From the NCBI GenBank assembly GCA_965215605.1, contig OZ244070.1, forward strand, positions 1,312,001 to 1,376,000: a stretch of DNA of 64,000 nt. Direction: 5' to 3'. A program made the translations under genes and the position numbers. Position 1 is the first letter of the stretch, and each line of letters begins with the position of its first letter. The stretch comes from an uncultured Candidatus Binatia bacterium (lineage in GTDB: Bacteria; Desulfobacterota; Binatia; UBA9968; JAJDTQ01). The notes beneath the pieces were generated by a model, which was given only the letters and a program-made list of their open reading frames with translations, had not been told where the DNA came from and did no database searches. Below, one piece after another: positions 34,191-46,876 of this stretch.

Positions 34191-35598
34191 GATGAAAGAC
34201 GACCGTCTTGAGCTCGGTCATCTCCTCGATGGCGTAGCGCGGCCCTTCCTTGCCGAAACCGGACTCCTTGAGCCCGCCGTACGGCATCACGTCGGCCCGC
34301 CACTGCGGCCCCCAGTTCACGTGGAGGCTGCCCGACTCCACCTCCCGGGCGAATCTCATGGCCCAGCCGATGTTCTCGGTGAAGATCCCGGCGGAAAGGC
34401 CGAACACCGTGTCGTTGGCGAGCTCGATGGCCTCGTCGATGGACTCGAACGGCATCACCCCCACCGCCGGACCGAACAGCTCGTCACGCGTGATCCTCAT
34501 GTCGCGGGAGACATCGGCCACCACCGTGGGCGCGTAGACCGCGCGGTCCCGGGACCCGCCGGCCAACACCCGGGCACCCTGGCCCACGGCCTCGTTGACC
34601 CACTGCTCGACACGGACGGCTTCGTTCTCCTTGATCATGGGCCCCACCTGCGTGGCGGCATCGAGCTGGCTGCCGGTCGCCAGCGCCTCCACCCTGGGAG
34701 CCAACGCGCCCAGGAAGTCCGCGTACACGCGGCGGTCGGCCAGCACGCGCTGGGTGGAGATGCAGACCTGCCCCGAGTTCGCGTAGCCGGTGGCGGCCAC
34801 CGCCGCGGCCACCTTGTCGAGGTCCGCGTCCGGCATCACGATCACCGGGCAGTTGGACCCCAGTTCCATGGTGACCTTCTTGATGCCCGCCACCCGGCAG
34901 ATGTTCTCCCCCACCTCGCGGCTGCCGGTGAAGGTGATCTTGCGCACCCGGGGGTCGGCCACCAGCGGATCGCCGATCTCGCTGCCCGAGCCGGTCAGGC
35001 ATTGCACGCCCTCCGGCGGAACCCCGGCCTCCAGCAGGATCTCGGTCAGCTTGAGGCCCGACAGCGGGGTGTCCGAAGCCGGCTTGATGATCACCGAGTT
35101 GCCCCCGGCGATGGCGGGACCGACCTTGTGACAGAGCAGGTTCAGCGGGAAGTTGAACGGGCCGATGGCCACCACCACGCCGCAGGGCACGCGCAGCGTG
35201 AAAGCCAGCTTGCCCGCTCCCGCGGGATCGGCGTCCACCGGCACGGTCTCGCCGTGGACCCGCTTGGCCTCTTCGGCCGAGGCGGTCAGGGTCTCCACCG
35301 CCCGGCGCACCTCGCCCTTCCCTTCGGCCAGGACCTTTCCCTCTTCGCTCGAGATGAGCGTGCCGAGCTCGTCCACGCGCTCCGCCATGAGGGCGGCCGC
35401 GCGGGTGAGCACGCGCCACCGCTCGTGAGCGGTCATCCGGGCCATGAGCGCGGCCCCGCGCTGGGCGAACGCGAGCGCCCGCTCCACGTCGTCGCGGCCG
35501 GCCCTCGGCACGCTGTCGATGACGGAGTCATCATACGGGTTGCCGACCTCCTGCATCCTCGGTCGATCGACCCACTCTCCGGCGAGAAACATCTTCAT
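34186..35598 (-). CDS. Aldehyde dehydrogenase family protein
   Basis: PFNFP, KPASDTP, FTGS, MELG, catalytic GQVCIS, ELFGP, PYGGLKESG; start MKMFLAGEW; substrate unknown. Confidence 0.93.
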   Translation of the reverse strand: MKMFLAGEWVDRPRMQEVGNPYDDSVIDSVPRAGRDDVERALAFAQRGAALMARMTAHERWRVLTRAAALMAERVDELGTLISSEEGKVLAEGKGEVRRAVETLTASAEEAKRVHGETVPVDADPAGAGKLAFTLRVPCGVVVAIGPFNFPLNLLCHKVGPAIAGGNSVIIKPASDTPLSGLKLTEILLEAGVPPEGVQCLTGSGSEIGDPLVADPRVRKITFTGSREVGENICRVAGIKKVTMELGSNCPVIVMPDADLDKVAAAVAATGYANSGQVCISTQRVLADRRVYADFLGALAPRVEALATGSQLDAATQVGPMIKENEAVRVEQWVNEAVGQGARVLAGGSRDRAVYAPTVVADVSRDMRITRDELFGPAVGVMPFESIDEAIELANDTVFGLSAGIFTENIGWAMRFAREVESGSLHVNWGPQWRADVMPYGGLKESGFGKEGPRYAIEEMTELKTVVFHL

Positions 35599-35652
35599 TG
35601 CGATCAAACTCCTTCGGAGCTGCCGGCGCTGTCCCGGACGGCGCCGCGGGCC

Positions 35653-35684
35653 GGACACGCGCGGGTTTGAAACCCGCCCCTGCA
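35653..35684 (-). repeat. GTAG-type REP copy
   Basis: Minus strand TGCAGGGGCGGGTTTCAAACCCGCGCGTGTCC with hairpin GCGGGTT...AACCCGC. Confidence 0.7.
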
Positions 35685-35701
35685 ACATCGTGCCGCTAAC
35701 G

Positions 35702-36772
35702 TTACACGAGATCCCTTATGGGCTCCACCACGGTCTCCGAGATTCCCTGCATCATGGCGAAGAGGCGCGGCTGCTCCAGCGCCCCGACAGCGTCCAGAGC
35801 CGCCTGCCTGCGGTCGTGCATCTCCCGCACCGCAAAGGGCAGCGACTCGAGCTGGTCGAACAGTCCCGCGACCCGCTCGACGTCCGCGGCCGACGTGGCC
35901 GCCCGGTCCTTGTCCAGCACCTCCAGCAGCCAACGGGCGTCTTCCGGAGACGCGTTTTCCAACGCGTGGACCGCCAGGATGCTGCGCTTGCCCTCGGCGA
36001 TGTCGCTGCCGCGCTGGTCACGGCCCTTGTCGCCGTAGAGATCCAGCACGTCGTCCTGAATCTGAAACAGGATGCCGAGCTGGCGCGCCGCCTCGGTGAG
36101 GCCCTCCAGCATCCCCGGCTCCCGGCCCAGCATCTCGGCGCTGCCGGCCATGCCGAGGACGAAGAGTCGGGCGGTCTTGGCTTCGACCATGTCGAAGTAC
36201 CGCGCCAGCGAGGGACGGGCGCTCGCCCGCAACGCGAACTCCTGTTCCTGCCCGTCGATGACCTTCAGGGTCTCGACGAGCATCCGCCGCGCCAGCGCCT
36301 CACGCCGCTCGACGGCCACCGGCGCCCGTTGCGCCAGCAACAGCGTCAAGTAGAACATGGCATCGCCGAGGTTGATGGCCCGGGCGACGCCGAAGCGATG
36401 CCATACCGTCTCCTGTCCCCGGCGCGCCTCGTCGCCGTCCTGCACGTCGTCGTGGACCAGCGTCGCGTTGTGCAGCATCTCGCAAGCCGCGCCCATGGGA
36501 ACCGCCCTGGCGGGATCCTCCCCCAGACAATCCGCCACCAGCAGCGGCAGCAGGGCGCGCAGCCGCTTGCCGCCCGTCCGGAAGTGGTAGCGGCACATCT
36601 CGGCCAGCCCCGACGCGCCGAGCTCCGCTTCCCGGAGCACGTCATCGAGGAGGAAGAGGACTTCGGGGAGATACCGTTTCCGGATGTTTTCGAAGTGCTC
36701 CAGGAACGCCTGCTTCGCCGCCGCCGGCAGGCCGGCGGCGTCCGGGCGTCCGGGACGATCAGCGCGCGTCAT
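35702..36772 (-). CDS. Polyprenyl diphosphate synthase (trans-IPPS)
   Basis: GGKRLR, FARM LVHDDVQDGDEARRG, GQ, KT, SARM FQIQDDVLD. Confidence 0.93.
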   Translation of the reverse strand: MTRADRPGRPDAAGLPAAAKQAFLEHFENIRKRYLPEVLFLLDDVLREAELGASGLAEMCRYHFRTGGKRLRALLPLLVADCLGEDPARAVPMGAACEMLHNATLVHDDVQDGDEARRGQETVWHRFGVARAINLGDAMFYLTLLLAQRAPVAVERREALARRMLVETLKVIDGQEQEFALRASARPSLARYFDMVEAKTARLFVLGMAGSAEMLGREPGMLEGLTEAARQLGILFQIQDDVLDLYGDKGRDQRGSDIAEGKRSILAVHALENASPEDARWLLEVLDKDRAATSAADVERVAGLFDQLESLPFAVREMHDRRQAALDAVGALEQPRLFAMMQGISETVVEPIRDLV

Positions 36773-36847
36773 GCGCGTCCTTCATCCTGTTGGCGGCGTC
36801 CGGCATGCGGGTGGCTTGCGAGGAAGGGCGGTCGAGGAAGGGGAGGC

Positions 36848-37051
36848 TCAGCGGAGCTTCATGCCGAACGCCACAGGCCCCTTGTCGCCCGCGCGGGTCT
36901 GAAACTGCACGCTGTCGCCTTCACCGAAATCCTCGAACCGGACCCGGGGGGCGCCGCTGCTCCGATGGAAGAACACGTCGTCGCCGCCGTCATCCGGCTC
37001 GATGAAGCCGAATCCCTTGTCCTTGAGAATCTTCCTGATGGTTCCCGTCAC
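36848..37051 (-). CDS. Cold-shock domain protein
   Basis: RNP1 KGFGFI, RNP2 VFFH, KGPVA; GTG start with GGAG upstream (alternative start 37060). Confidence 0.9.
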   Translation of the reverse strand: MTGTIRKILKDKGFGFIEPDDGGDDVFFHRSSGAPRVRFEDFGEGDSVQFQTRAGDKGPVAFGMKLR

Positions 37052-37214
37052 CTCGTTCACTCCGGTTCCCGGACCCTGCGGCCCGTTCGATTCGATGTCA
37101 CCCACGCGTCTGGCCCGTTTCATAGTGCGAGCAGCGGCGGGAGTCAAGAAGGGCGCGCGGCAACCATGCCTTGTCGCTTTGTTTTCATCTCGGATGTGAT
37201 ATCCGTCAAACAGG

Positions 37215-37922
37215 ATGTCCAGCCCGCTACGCGTCATCGATCTGGGCCGTCTCGACTACGAGGCGGCGCTGTCCGTTCAGGAACGGTTCCTCGAAGAGAA
37301 GACCCGCGAGCCCCGGGACGACTGCCTGATACTGGTGGAGCATCCGCACGTGATCACCACCGGCCGAAGGGAGGCCCACGGCCACATACTCGACGCCGGC
37401 GACGTCCCGGTGCGCGCCACCAGCCGCGGCGGCGACGTGACCTACCACGGCCCGGGTCAACTCGTGGCCTACCCGATCATCGATCTCAAGTCCCGGCAAC
37501 GCCGCGCCGTGCACCGCTATCTGCACGGGCTCGAACAGGCGATCATCGACGTGCTGGCCTGCTTCGACCTGGCGGGCGCGCGGCGCCCGCCCTTCACCGG
37601 GGTGTGGATCGGCGACCGGAAGATCTGCGCCATCGGCATCGCCGTCAGACGCAGCGTCACCTACCATGGCGCCGCCCTCAACGTGGCGCCCGAACTGGAT
37701 TATTTCCACAGGATCGTCCCTTGCGGGCTGGATTGGGCGCAGGTCACCTCCATCGAACGGGAGGCGGGGAGATCCATCGAGATGGAAACGGTCAAGTCCC
37801 TGCTGGTGCGGAGTTTCTGCCGGGCGTTCGGTTACGATGGGGTGGCAGGGGACAATGGGGTCACAAGGGACCAAGAGGCTGCCGAGCCCGCCGCGGGCAG
37901 GCACGGCGCCCGCTCGGACTAG
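37215..37922 (+). CDS. lipB: Octanoyl-[ACP]:protein N-octanoyltransferase
   Basis: LVEHPHV, RGGDVTYHGPGQLVAYPI, GVW, KICAIG, HGAALN, PCG. Confidence 0.95.
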   Translation: MSSPLRVIDLGRLDYEAALSVQERFLEEKTREPRDDCLILVEHPHVITTGRREAHGHILDAGDVPVRATSRGGDVTYHGPGQLVAYPIIDLKSRQRRAVHRYLHGLEQAIIDVLACFDLAGARRPPFTGVWIGDRKICAIGIAVRRSVTYHGAALNVAPELDYFHRIVPCGLDWAQVTSIEREAGRSIEMETVKSLLVRSFCRAFGYDGVAGDNGVTRDQEAAEPAAGRHGARSD

Positions 37923-37925
37923 CGG

Positions 37926-38189
37926 CTATTTCTGAAACCAGTCGGCGTTGATCTGGGTGTATTCCTGCCACTTTTCCGGAACTGCGGCTTCCTCGAATAT
38001 CGCCTCCACGGGACATACCGGCTCGCAGGCGCCGCAGTCGATGCACTCCTCCGGATCGATGTAGAGCATATTCTCTTTCTCGAATACCTCGGGATCGTTC
38101 TTGGTCGGGTGGATGCAATCGACAGGGCAAACATCGACACACGCCGTGTCCTTGGTGTCGATACAGGGCTCTACAATCACGTAGGTCAT
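37926..38189 (-). CDS. Ferredoxin, 7Fe/dicluster (FdxA-like)
   Basis: C-x7-CVDVCP and [12 protein letters not shown] motifs. Confidence 0.93.
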   Translation of the reverse strand: MTYVIVEPCIDTKDTACVDVCPVDCIHPTKNDPEVFEKENMLYIDPEECIDCGACEPVCPVEAIFEEAAVPEKWQEYTQINADWFQK

Positions 38190-38301
38190 TCACTTCCTCC
38201 TGGGGTGCCGGCAGGCTCTCCCGCGCTCATCCACTGCGTTGGCGGCCCGCGGCCACGGTCTCCTACCCTGTTGTTTTGGCTAACAAACAGCCCGGTTCAA
38301 G

Positions 38302-39768
38302 TCAAGCGGGCCGGCTGCCCGACGCCCCTTCGGAAGCCGCCTTGGCGCTGTTCCGGGCGCGTTTCCGGGGCGGCGTGTGAGTGGCCGTGCCGTAGAACAG
38401 CTCGGCGCATTCCATGAGGGTCTCGGAGAGCGTCGGATGCGGATGGACGGACTCGGCGAGGTCCCGCGCGGTGGCCCCCATCTCGATGGCAAGCACGCCC
38501 TCGCCGATCAACTCGCCGGCGCCGGCGCCGGTGATGCCCACGCCGAGAATGCGCTCCGTGCCGGGCTCGAGGATCAGCTTGGTCAGGCCTTCGGGGCGGT
38601 CGAGGGTGAGCGCCCTCCCGGAGGCGCCCCAGGGAAACTTCACGACCTCCACCGCCACATCCCCCGCCCTGGCTTCCCGTTCGGTCAGCCCGCACCAGGC
38701 GACCTCCGGCTCGGTGAAGACCACCGCCGGGATCACCACGCCGGCGATGGTGCTGGACTCGCCGGCGATGGCCTCCACCGCCACCCGCGCCTCCTTGGTG
38801 GCCCGGTGCGCCAGCAAGGCGCCGCCGTTGGCGTCGCCGATGGCGTAGATGGCGGGGTCGCCGGTCTGCTGCTGGTCGTTGCACTCGATGAAGCCGTTGG
38901 CGCCGACCTTGACTCCGGTGTTCTCGAGGCCGAGGTCCTGGTAGCCGGGCGTCCGGCCCACGCTGACCAGGACCCGGTCGTAGCTCTCTTCCCGGACGGC
39001 GCCGTTGACTTCCATGGCCACCTTGATCTTCCTGCCGCTGGTGGCCATGCGCAGCACCTTGGTCTTGAGACGGATCTCCTTGAAGAGCGACTCGGCCACC
39101 TTGGCCACGGGCCGCGTGAGGTCCGCGTCCACGCCGGACAGCAGGTGGTTCAGCGCCTCCACCAGGACGATCTCGCTTCCCAGGCGGGCATAGACCGTCC
39201 CCAGCTCCATGCCGATGTAACCGCCCCCCACCACCAGCAGGCGGCCCGGCACGTCCGCCAGCTCCAGCGCCTCGGTGGAGGTCATGATCCGCTGGTTCCC
39301 CAGATCGAAGGCCGCCGGCATGGCGGGCTTGGAGCCCACCGCGATGATGGCCTTGTCGTAGTTGACGAACTGTTGTCCTCCGGCCGTCTCCACCCGGAGG
39401 GTCCGGGAGTCCTCGAAGTGTCCGCGCCCGTGGAGACGCTGGACGCCCCGTCGCGAGCACAGGCCCTGCAGCCCCCCGGCCAGCTTGTCGATGACCGACT
39501 CTTTCCACCCGCGCAGCTTGTCGAGCTTGACCTTGGGCTTGCCGAACGCGACCCCGCGGGCTTCCGAAAGCGCCGCCTCGTCGATGACCTGGGTGGCATG
39601 GAGAAGAGCCTTCGAGGGAATGCAGCCGCGGTTGAGGCAGACCCCCCCGAGCCGCTCGTCCCGCTCCACCAGCAACACGCGTTTCCCCAGATCCGCGGCG
39701 TAGAAGGCCGCGGCATAGCCGCCGGGCCCGGCGCCGACCACGACGATTTCCGTTTTGATGGGTTCCAC
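38302..39768 (-). CDS. lpdA: Dihydrolipoamide dehydrogenase (E3)
   Basis: GAGPGGY, GGVCLNRGCIPSK, GGGYIG, HPHPTLSE. Confidence 0.97.
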   Translation of the reverse strand: MEPIKTEIVVVGAGPGGYAAAFYAADLGKRVLLVERDERLGGVCLNRGCIPSKALLHATQVIDEAALSEARGVAFGKPKVKLDKLRGWKESVIDKLAGGLQGLCSRRGVQRLHGRGHFEDSRTLRVETAGGQQFVNYDKAIIAVGSKPAMPAAFDLGNQRIMTSTEALELADVPGRLLVVGGGYIGMELGTVYARLGSEIVLVEALNHLLSGVDADLTRPVAKVAESLFKEIRLKTKVLRMATSGRKIKVAMEVNGAVREESYDRVLVSVGRTPGYQDLGLENTGVKVGANGFIECNDQQQTGDPAIYAIGDANGGALLAHRATKEARVAVEAIAGESSTIAGVVIPAVVFTEPEVAWCGLTEREARAGDVAVEVVKFPWGASGRALTLDRPEGLTKLILEPGTERILGVGITGAGAGELIGEGVLAIEMGATARDLAESVHPHPTLSETLMECAELFYGTATHTPPRKRARNSAKAASEGASGSRPA

Positions 39769-39802
39769 GGGTCTCCTGACCGATCTCGTTTCTAGTGTGG
39801 CG

Positions 39803-41050
39803 TCACGATACGGGCCACTTGATGTCCGCTTCGGGAAAGTCTTCCAGACAGCGCACGATCTCGCGCAGGAAACGCGCTCCGTCGGCGCCGTCGATCACCC
39901 GGTGGTCGTAGGAGAGCGCCAGCGGCAGCACCATCCGCGGCGTCACCTTCTTGTCCCGCACCACCGGCCGGACGACGCCCCGCCCCATGCCCAGAACCGC
40001 CACCTGCGGGCTGTTCACGATGGGCGTGAAGTGGGAACCGCCGATGCTTCCGAGGTTGGAGATGGTGAACGTCGCCCCCTGCATCTCGTCCGCGTTCAGC
40101 TTGCGCTGCCGGGTCCGCTCCGCCAGCTCGTCCAGCTCCCTGGACAGGTCCAGCAGGTTTTTCTTGTCCACGTCGCGGATGACCGGCGCGATCAGGCCCG
40201 CCTCGGTGTCCACCGCCACCCCGATGTGGACGTAGTCGCGGGTGACGATCTCCAGCGCCTCGTAGTCCACGCTGGTCTTGAAGACCGGGTACTTGTCGAG
40301 GGCCGACACCGCCGCCCCGATGGCGAACGAGGTCACCGTCAACCTCGCCCCCGACTTCTCGTAGACCCTGGAGTAACGCTTCCGGAGCTCCATCAGCCCG
40401 GTGATGTCCGCGTCGTCGAACTGGGTCACGTGGGGGACGGTGGTCCAGGAATCGGTCATCCGCTGGGCGATGGTGCGCCGGAGCGGCGACATCCTCTCCC
40501 GCTTGCTCGGTCCCCACTTGGTGAGGTCCAGGGTCTTGAAGACGTTGACCGCGGGCTCCGCCGGCGGGGCGGACGGACCGAGGGCGAGCTGCTGAAGCCC
40601 CTGGACGTAGCTTCGGACATCCGCCATGACGATGCGCCCGCCGCGCTCGCTCCCCTTCACCCGGGTGAGGTCGATGCCCAGCTCCCGCGCGATCTTCCGC
40701 ACCGTGGGCGAGGCCGGCGGCGGCGCGCCGCTGGTGGAGACGGGCAGGCGGGCCGGGGGCGCCTCGGCCGGCGCTTCCGTCGCGGGCGGCGGCGCCTCCA
40801 CAACCGGCGCGGAAGCGCTCCCCTCGTCGATGGTCACCAGCACCTGGCCCACCGACACCACCTGCCCCGCCAGCACGTGTATCCGGGCCACGCTGCCGGC
40901 GGCGGGGGAAGGGATGGGGGCCACCGCCTTCTCGTTCTCCAGCTCCAGAAGGGTCTGGTCCAGTCGGACCTGGTCTCCTTCCGAGACCAGGACGTTGACG
41001 ACGGTGCCAGAGTCCGCCCCTTCGGCCAGCTTGGGAAGCGTTACATCCAT
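39803..41050 (-). CDS. aceF: Dihydrolipoamide acetyltransferase (E2), single lipoyl domain
   Basis: Lipoyl motif ELENEKA, E3-binding ASPTVRKIARELGIDL..GSERGGRI, catalytic SYDHRVIDG; start MDVTLPK. Confidence 0.93.
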   Translation of the reverse strand: MDVTLPKLAEGADSGTVVNVLVSEGDQVRLDQTLLELENEKAVAPIPSPAAGSVARIHVLAGQVVSVGQVLVTIDEGSASAPVVEAPPPATEAPAEAPPARLPVSTSGAPPPASPTVRKIARELGIDLTRVKGSERGGRIVMADVRSYVQGLQQLALGPSAPPAEPAVNVFKTLDLTKWGPSKRERMSPLRRTIAQRMTDSWTTVPHVTQFDDADITGLMELRKRYSRVYEKSGARLTVTSFAIGAAVSALDKYPVFKTSVDYEALEIVTRDYVHIGVAVDTEAGLIAPVIRDVDKKNLLDLSRELDELAERTRQRKLNADEMQGATFTISNLGSIGGSHFTPIVNSPQVAVLGMGRGVVRPVVRDKKVTPRMVLPLALSYDHRVIDGADGARFLREIVRCLEDFPEADIKWPVS

Positions 41051-41064
41051 GATGCGAAGGCAGC

Positions 41065-43794
<2,730 letters not shown>

Positions 43795-43808
43795 GACGTT
43801 CCAGGGAT

Positions 43809-43877
43809 ATTATACCAAGGTCTGCGGAAGCAACACGTGCGGGGGGCAACATATTCGGCGCCGCCCACGCCTGTCAA
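43809..43877 (-). promoter_or_regulatory. Tandem candidate promoters for aceE
   Basis: Extended -10 TGGTATAAT (43809-43817) and upstream TTGACA-18 nt-TATGTT (43848-43877). Confidence 0.65.
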
Positions 43878-43949
43878 GTCCTTTCGGACCGGGCGCGGAG
43901 CCGCTCCAGGACGGCCCGCCGCAAGCTGGCTGCCGGCCGTACCACGAAC

Positions 43950-44669
43950 ATGCAGTGCCTCGATCTGACACTACCGACCCCAGAAGCCAACCTGGCCTGC
44001 GACGAGGCGCTGCTGGACGACTGCGAGCGGACGCAGGACCGGGAGGTCCTCCGCTTCTGGGAATCCCCGGAGCCTTTCGTGGTGCTCGGCATGGCCAGCC
44101 GGCTGGAGCGCGAGGTCGACGCGCCCGCGTGCGCTGCCCGGGGCATTCCCGTCCTGCGGCGCTGCAGCGGCGGCGGCACCGTGGTCCAGGGTCCCGGCTG
44201 CCTGAGCTACACGCTCATCCTGCGCATGGCCGGCGAACGGCCGCTGGAGCGCATCGATTCCGCCAATGCCTTCATCATGCAGCGCCACCGGCGCGCGCTG
44301 GCGGAAGCCACCGGCCTGCCGGTCCGCCGCCAAGGCGCCACCGACCTCGCCGTGGGCCAGCGGAAGTTCTCGGGCAACGCGCAGCGCCGACGGCGGCGCT
44401 TCCTGCTGTTCCACGGCACCTTCCTGCTGGACTTCCCGATCCCGCTGATGGAAGAGATCCTGCCGTATCCGCCCAAAACCCCGGCCTACCGCCGGGGCCG
44501 CGGCCACCGCTTCTTTCTCACCAACCTGGGGCAACCCGCTTCACGCATCAAGGCGCTGCTGATGCGCTGCTGGGACGCCGCGCCCGGGGACGCCGAAGTC
44601 CCGCGCGCCGCCATCGCGTCGCTGGTGGAGAAGAAATACTCCGTCCCGAGTTGGAACCGGAGGTGTTAG
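43950..44669 (+). CDS. Lipoate-protein ligase / LipM-like protein (BPL/LPL catalytic domain only)
   Basis: NLACDEALL, LRFW, RRCSGGGTV, KFSGNAQ, HGT. Confidence 0.88.
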   Translation: MQCLDLTLPTPEANLACDEALLDDCERTQDREVLRFWESPEPFVVLGMASRLEREVDAPACAARGIPVLRRCSGGGTVVQGPGCLSYTLILRMAGERPLERIDSANAFIMQRHRRALAEATGLPVRRQGATDLAVGQRKFSGNAQRRRRRFLLFHGTFLLDFPIPLMEEILPYPPKTPAYRRGRGHRFFLTNLGQPASRIKALLMRCWDAAPGDAEVPRAAIASLVEKKYSVPSWNRRC

Positions 44670-44681
44670 GAACCGCGGAGG

Positions 44682-44710
44682 TGCAGGGGCGGACTCAAAA
44701 CCCGCGCGCG
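44682..44710 (+). repeat. Degenerate GTAG-type REP copy
   Basis: TGCAGGGGCGGACTCAAAACCCGCGCG, similar to 35653-35684. Confidence 0.55.
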
Positions 44711-44736
44711 CCACCAGCGGTGATCGGAACGCCGGG

Positions 44737-45654
44737 TCACACCAGCGTCAGCCAGTGCAGGTAGCCCTCGTCCCGCCCCCGGATGACGTCGAAGAAAGCC
44801 TGCTGCAGATCGAGGGTCACCGGCCCGGGCCTGCCCTCGCCGATGGCCCGGTCGTCCACCTCCCGGATGGGAGTCACCTCGGCCGCGGTGCCGGTGAGGA
44901 AGGCCTCGTCGGCGATGTAGAGGGCGTCCCGGGCGAAGCGTTCCTCGTGGACCCGGTATCCCTTGGCGCGGGCCAGCTCGATGACGCTGGCCCGGTTGAT
45001 GCCGGGGAGGATGGAAGTCACGGGCGCGGTCCTCAGCTCCCCGTCCTTCACGATGAAGAGGTTCTCGCCGCTGGCCTCCGAGACGCACCCTTCGGGGTCG
45101 AGCATGATGGCCTCGTCGTAACCCGCCTGCTTCACCTCGTGCTTGGCCAGCACCGAGTTCACGTAGTTGCCCGAGATCTTGCTGTTGGTCATCGTCACGT
45201 TGACGTGATGCCGGGTATAGGAAGACACCTTGGCGCGGATGCCCCGCTTGAGACCCTCGTCCCCCAGGTACGCCCCCCAGGCCCACGCCGCCACGATGAC
45301 CCGCACCGGGTTGTTGAGCGCGTACAGCCCCATCTCGCCGTCGCCCACGAACGCCAGCGGCCGGATGTAGCACTCCTTCAGCCGGTTGACCCGGATCACC
45401 TCCAGAATCGCCTCGGTCATCTGCTCGATGCCGTACGGCAGGGGGGTGCCCAGGATGTGTCCCGAATCCCGGAAACGTTTGACGTGCTCGGCCAGCCGGA
45501 AGACCGCCGACCGCTCGTCCTCCAGCGAATAGCAGCGAATTCCCTCGAAATAGGCGGTGCCGTAGTGGAGCGCATGGCTCATGACATGGAACCGGGCGTC
45601 ATCCCAGTCCACCAGCTCCCCGTCCATCCAAATCTTGTCACTCCTCAGAGACAT
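44737..45654 (-). CDS. ilvE: Branched-chain amino acid aminotransferase
   Basis: IWMDG, LHYG...FEGIR, K..GNY, EASGENLF, ILPGI.R, EAFLTGTAAEVTPI; start MSLRSDK. Confidence 0.95.
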   Translation of the reverse strand: MSLRSDKIWMDGELVDWDDARFHVMSHALHYGTAYFEGIRCYSLEDERSAVFRLAEHVKRFRDSGHILGTPLPYGIEQMTEAILEVIRVNRLKECYIRPLAFVGDGEMGLYALNNPVRVIVAAWAWGAYLGDEGLKRGIRAKVSSYTRHHVNVTMTNSKISGNYVNSVLAKHEVKQAGYDEAIMLDPEGCVSEASGENLFIVKDGELRTAPVTSILPGINRASVIELARAKGYRVHEERFARDALYIADEAFLTGTAAEVTPIREVDDRAIGEGRPGPVTLDLQQAFFDVIRGRDEGYLHWLTLV

Positions 45655-45696
45655 CGAGACTCCCCGAAATGCGTTTCCCACGCAAGCCCGTTAACG

Positions 45697-45729
45697 AAAA
45701 AGGGCCACCACGCCAACGCGATGGTGGCC
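45697..45729 (-). terminator. Terminator-like hairpin upstream of ilvE
   Basis: Minus strand GGCCACCA-TCGCGTTGGCG-TGGTGGCC-CTTTTT. Confidence 0.6.
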
Positions 45730-45773
45730 GCCACGGGTTCATATTTCTTCAGATTCGGTGTGGAATGTCAATC

Positions 45774-46871
45774 TCATGGCGGCGCCTGGAGGCCATCCTC
45801 CCGGTCGTCGCGGGACTCCGCGGCGCACGGAAAAACGATGAGCTCAGCGGGCCGGACCGTGACCTTGACCCGGGTTCCGGCCACGAGGGCGCGGGTGGAC
45901 GGCTGGCTGCTGCGCAGGCGCGTCCCGGACCGCAGCGTGATGTGGTAGAGGTTCTCGGCGCCCCGGAACCGGCGGCGCGACACCACCCCATCGCCGTCGT
46001 CGGAGGGTTCGAACTCCACCTCGTCAGGCCGCACCACCAGGTCGACCCTGGCGCCGGCGGGCAGGCCGGCGTCGTTGGGGAACCTCCCCACTTCGGTCTC
46101 GATGGCGTCGCCCACCACCCCCGGAATGAAATCCGACTGGCCCACGAACTCCGCGACGAAGCGCGTGCACGGCCGGCGGTAGAGCACCTCCGGCTCGGAC
46201 AGCTGCTCGAGACGCCCCTGGTTCAGCACCCCGACCCGATCGGCCACCGCCAAGGCCTCCTCCTGGTCGTGGGTCACCATGATGGCGCTGGTCTCCGACG
46301 CGCGCAGGATCCGAAGCAGCTCGTCGCGCATCTCGGCTCTCATATCGACGTCGAGATTGCTGAAGGGCTCGTCGAGAAGCAGCACCAGGGGACCCGGCGC
46401 CAGCGCCCGGGCCAGGGCCACCCGCTGCTGCTGGCCGCCGGAAAGCTCGTGGGGATAGCGGTGCGCCAGCTCGGCCATCCCCACCACGCTGAGCATGTCC
46501 CGCGCGGCATCGGCCCGTGACTGCCGGGACCCGTTCCGGAGCCCGAACATGACGTTGTCCAGCAGCGTCAGGTGCGGGAACAGCGCGTAGTCCTGGAAGA
46601 CCATGCCGATGCGCCTTTGCTCGGGCTCGATCCACATGCCCTCGCCCGACACCGGAGCTCCGTTGAGCAGGATCCTGCCGCTGTCGGGCCGGTCGAAGCC
46701 CGCAATCAGGCGCAGCGTCGTGGTCTTGCCGGAGCCGCTGGGGCCCAGCAACGCGAGAATCTCGTTCCGCCCCAGGGCGAAGCTCAATCCGGAGACCGCC
46801 GCCGGACTGCCGGGCTCGTGGCTCTTCCAGACGTCCTCGAGGGTGACGAGGCTGGCGGCCGCGGCGTCCAT
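45774..46871 (-). CDS. ABC transporter ATP-binding protein (FbpC/PotA-like, TOBE C-terminus)
   Basis: GPSGSGKT, VFQDYALFPH, LSGGQQQRVALARAL, LLLDEPF, VTHD; start MDAAAASLV. Confidence 0.92.
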   Translation of the reverse strand: MDAAAASLVTLEDVWKSHEPGSPAAVSGLSFALGRNEILALLGPSGSGKTTTLRLIAGFDRPDSGRILLNGAPVSGEGMWIEPEQRRIGMVFQDYALFPHLTLLDNVMFGLRNGSRQSRADAARDMLSVVGMAELAHRYPHELSGGQQQRVALARALAPGPLVLLLDEPFSNLDVDMRAEMRDELLRILRASETSAIMVTHDQEEALAVADRVGVLNQGRLEQLSEPEVLYRRPCTRFVAEFVGQSDFIPGVVGDAIETEVGRFPNDAGLPAGARVDLVVRPDEVEFEPSDDGDGVVSRRRFRGAENLYHITLRSGTRLRSSQPSTRALVAGTRVKVTVRPAELIVFPCAAESRDDREDGLQAPP

Positions 46872-46876
46872 CGGCC

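Noticed and set aside
44653-44684. Short direct repeat GGAACCG(CG)GAGGTG around the ligase stop
   Set aside because: Only two imperfect ~13-bp copies; not an array or a clear target-site duplication
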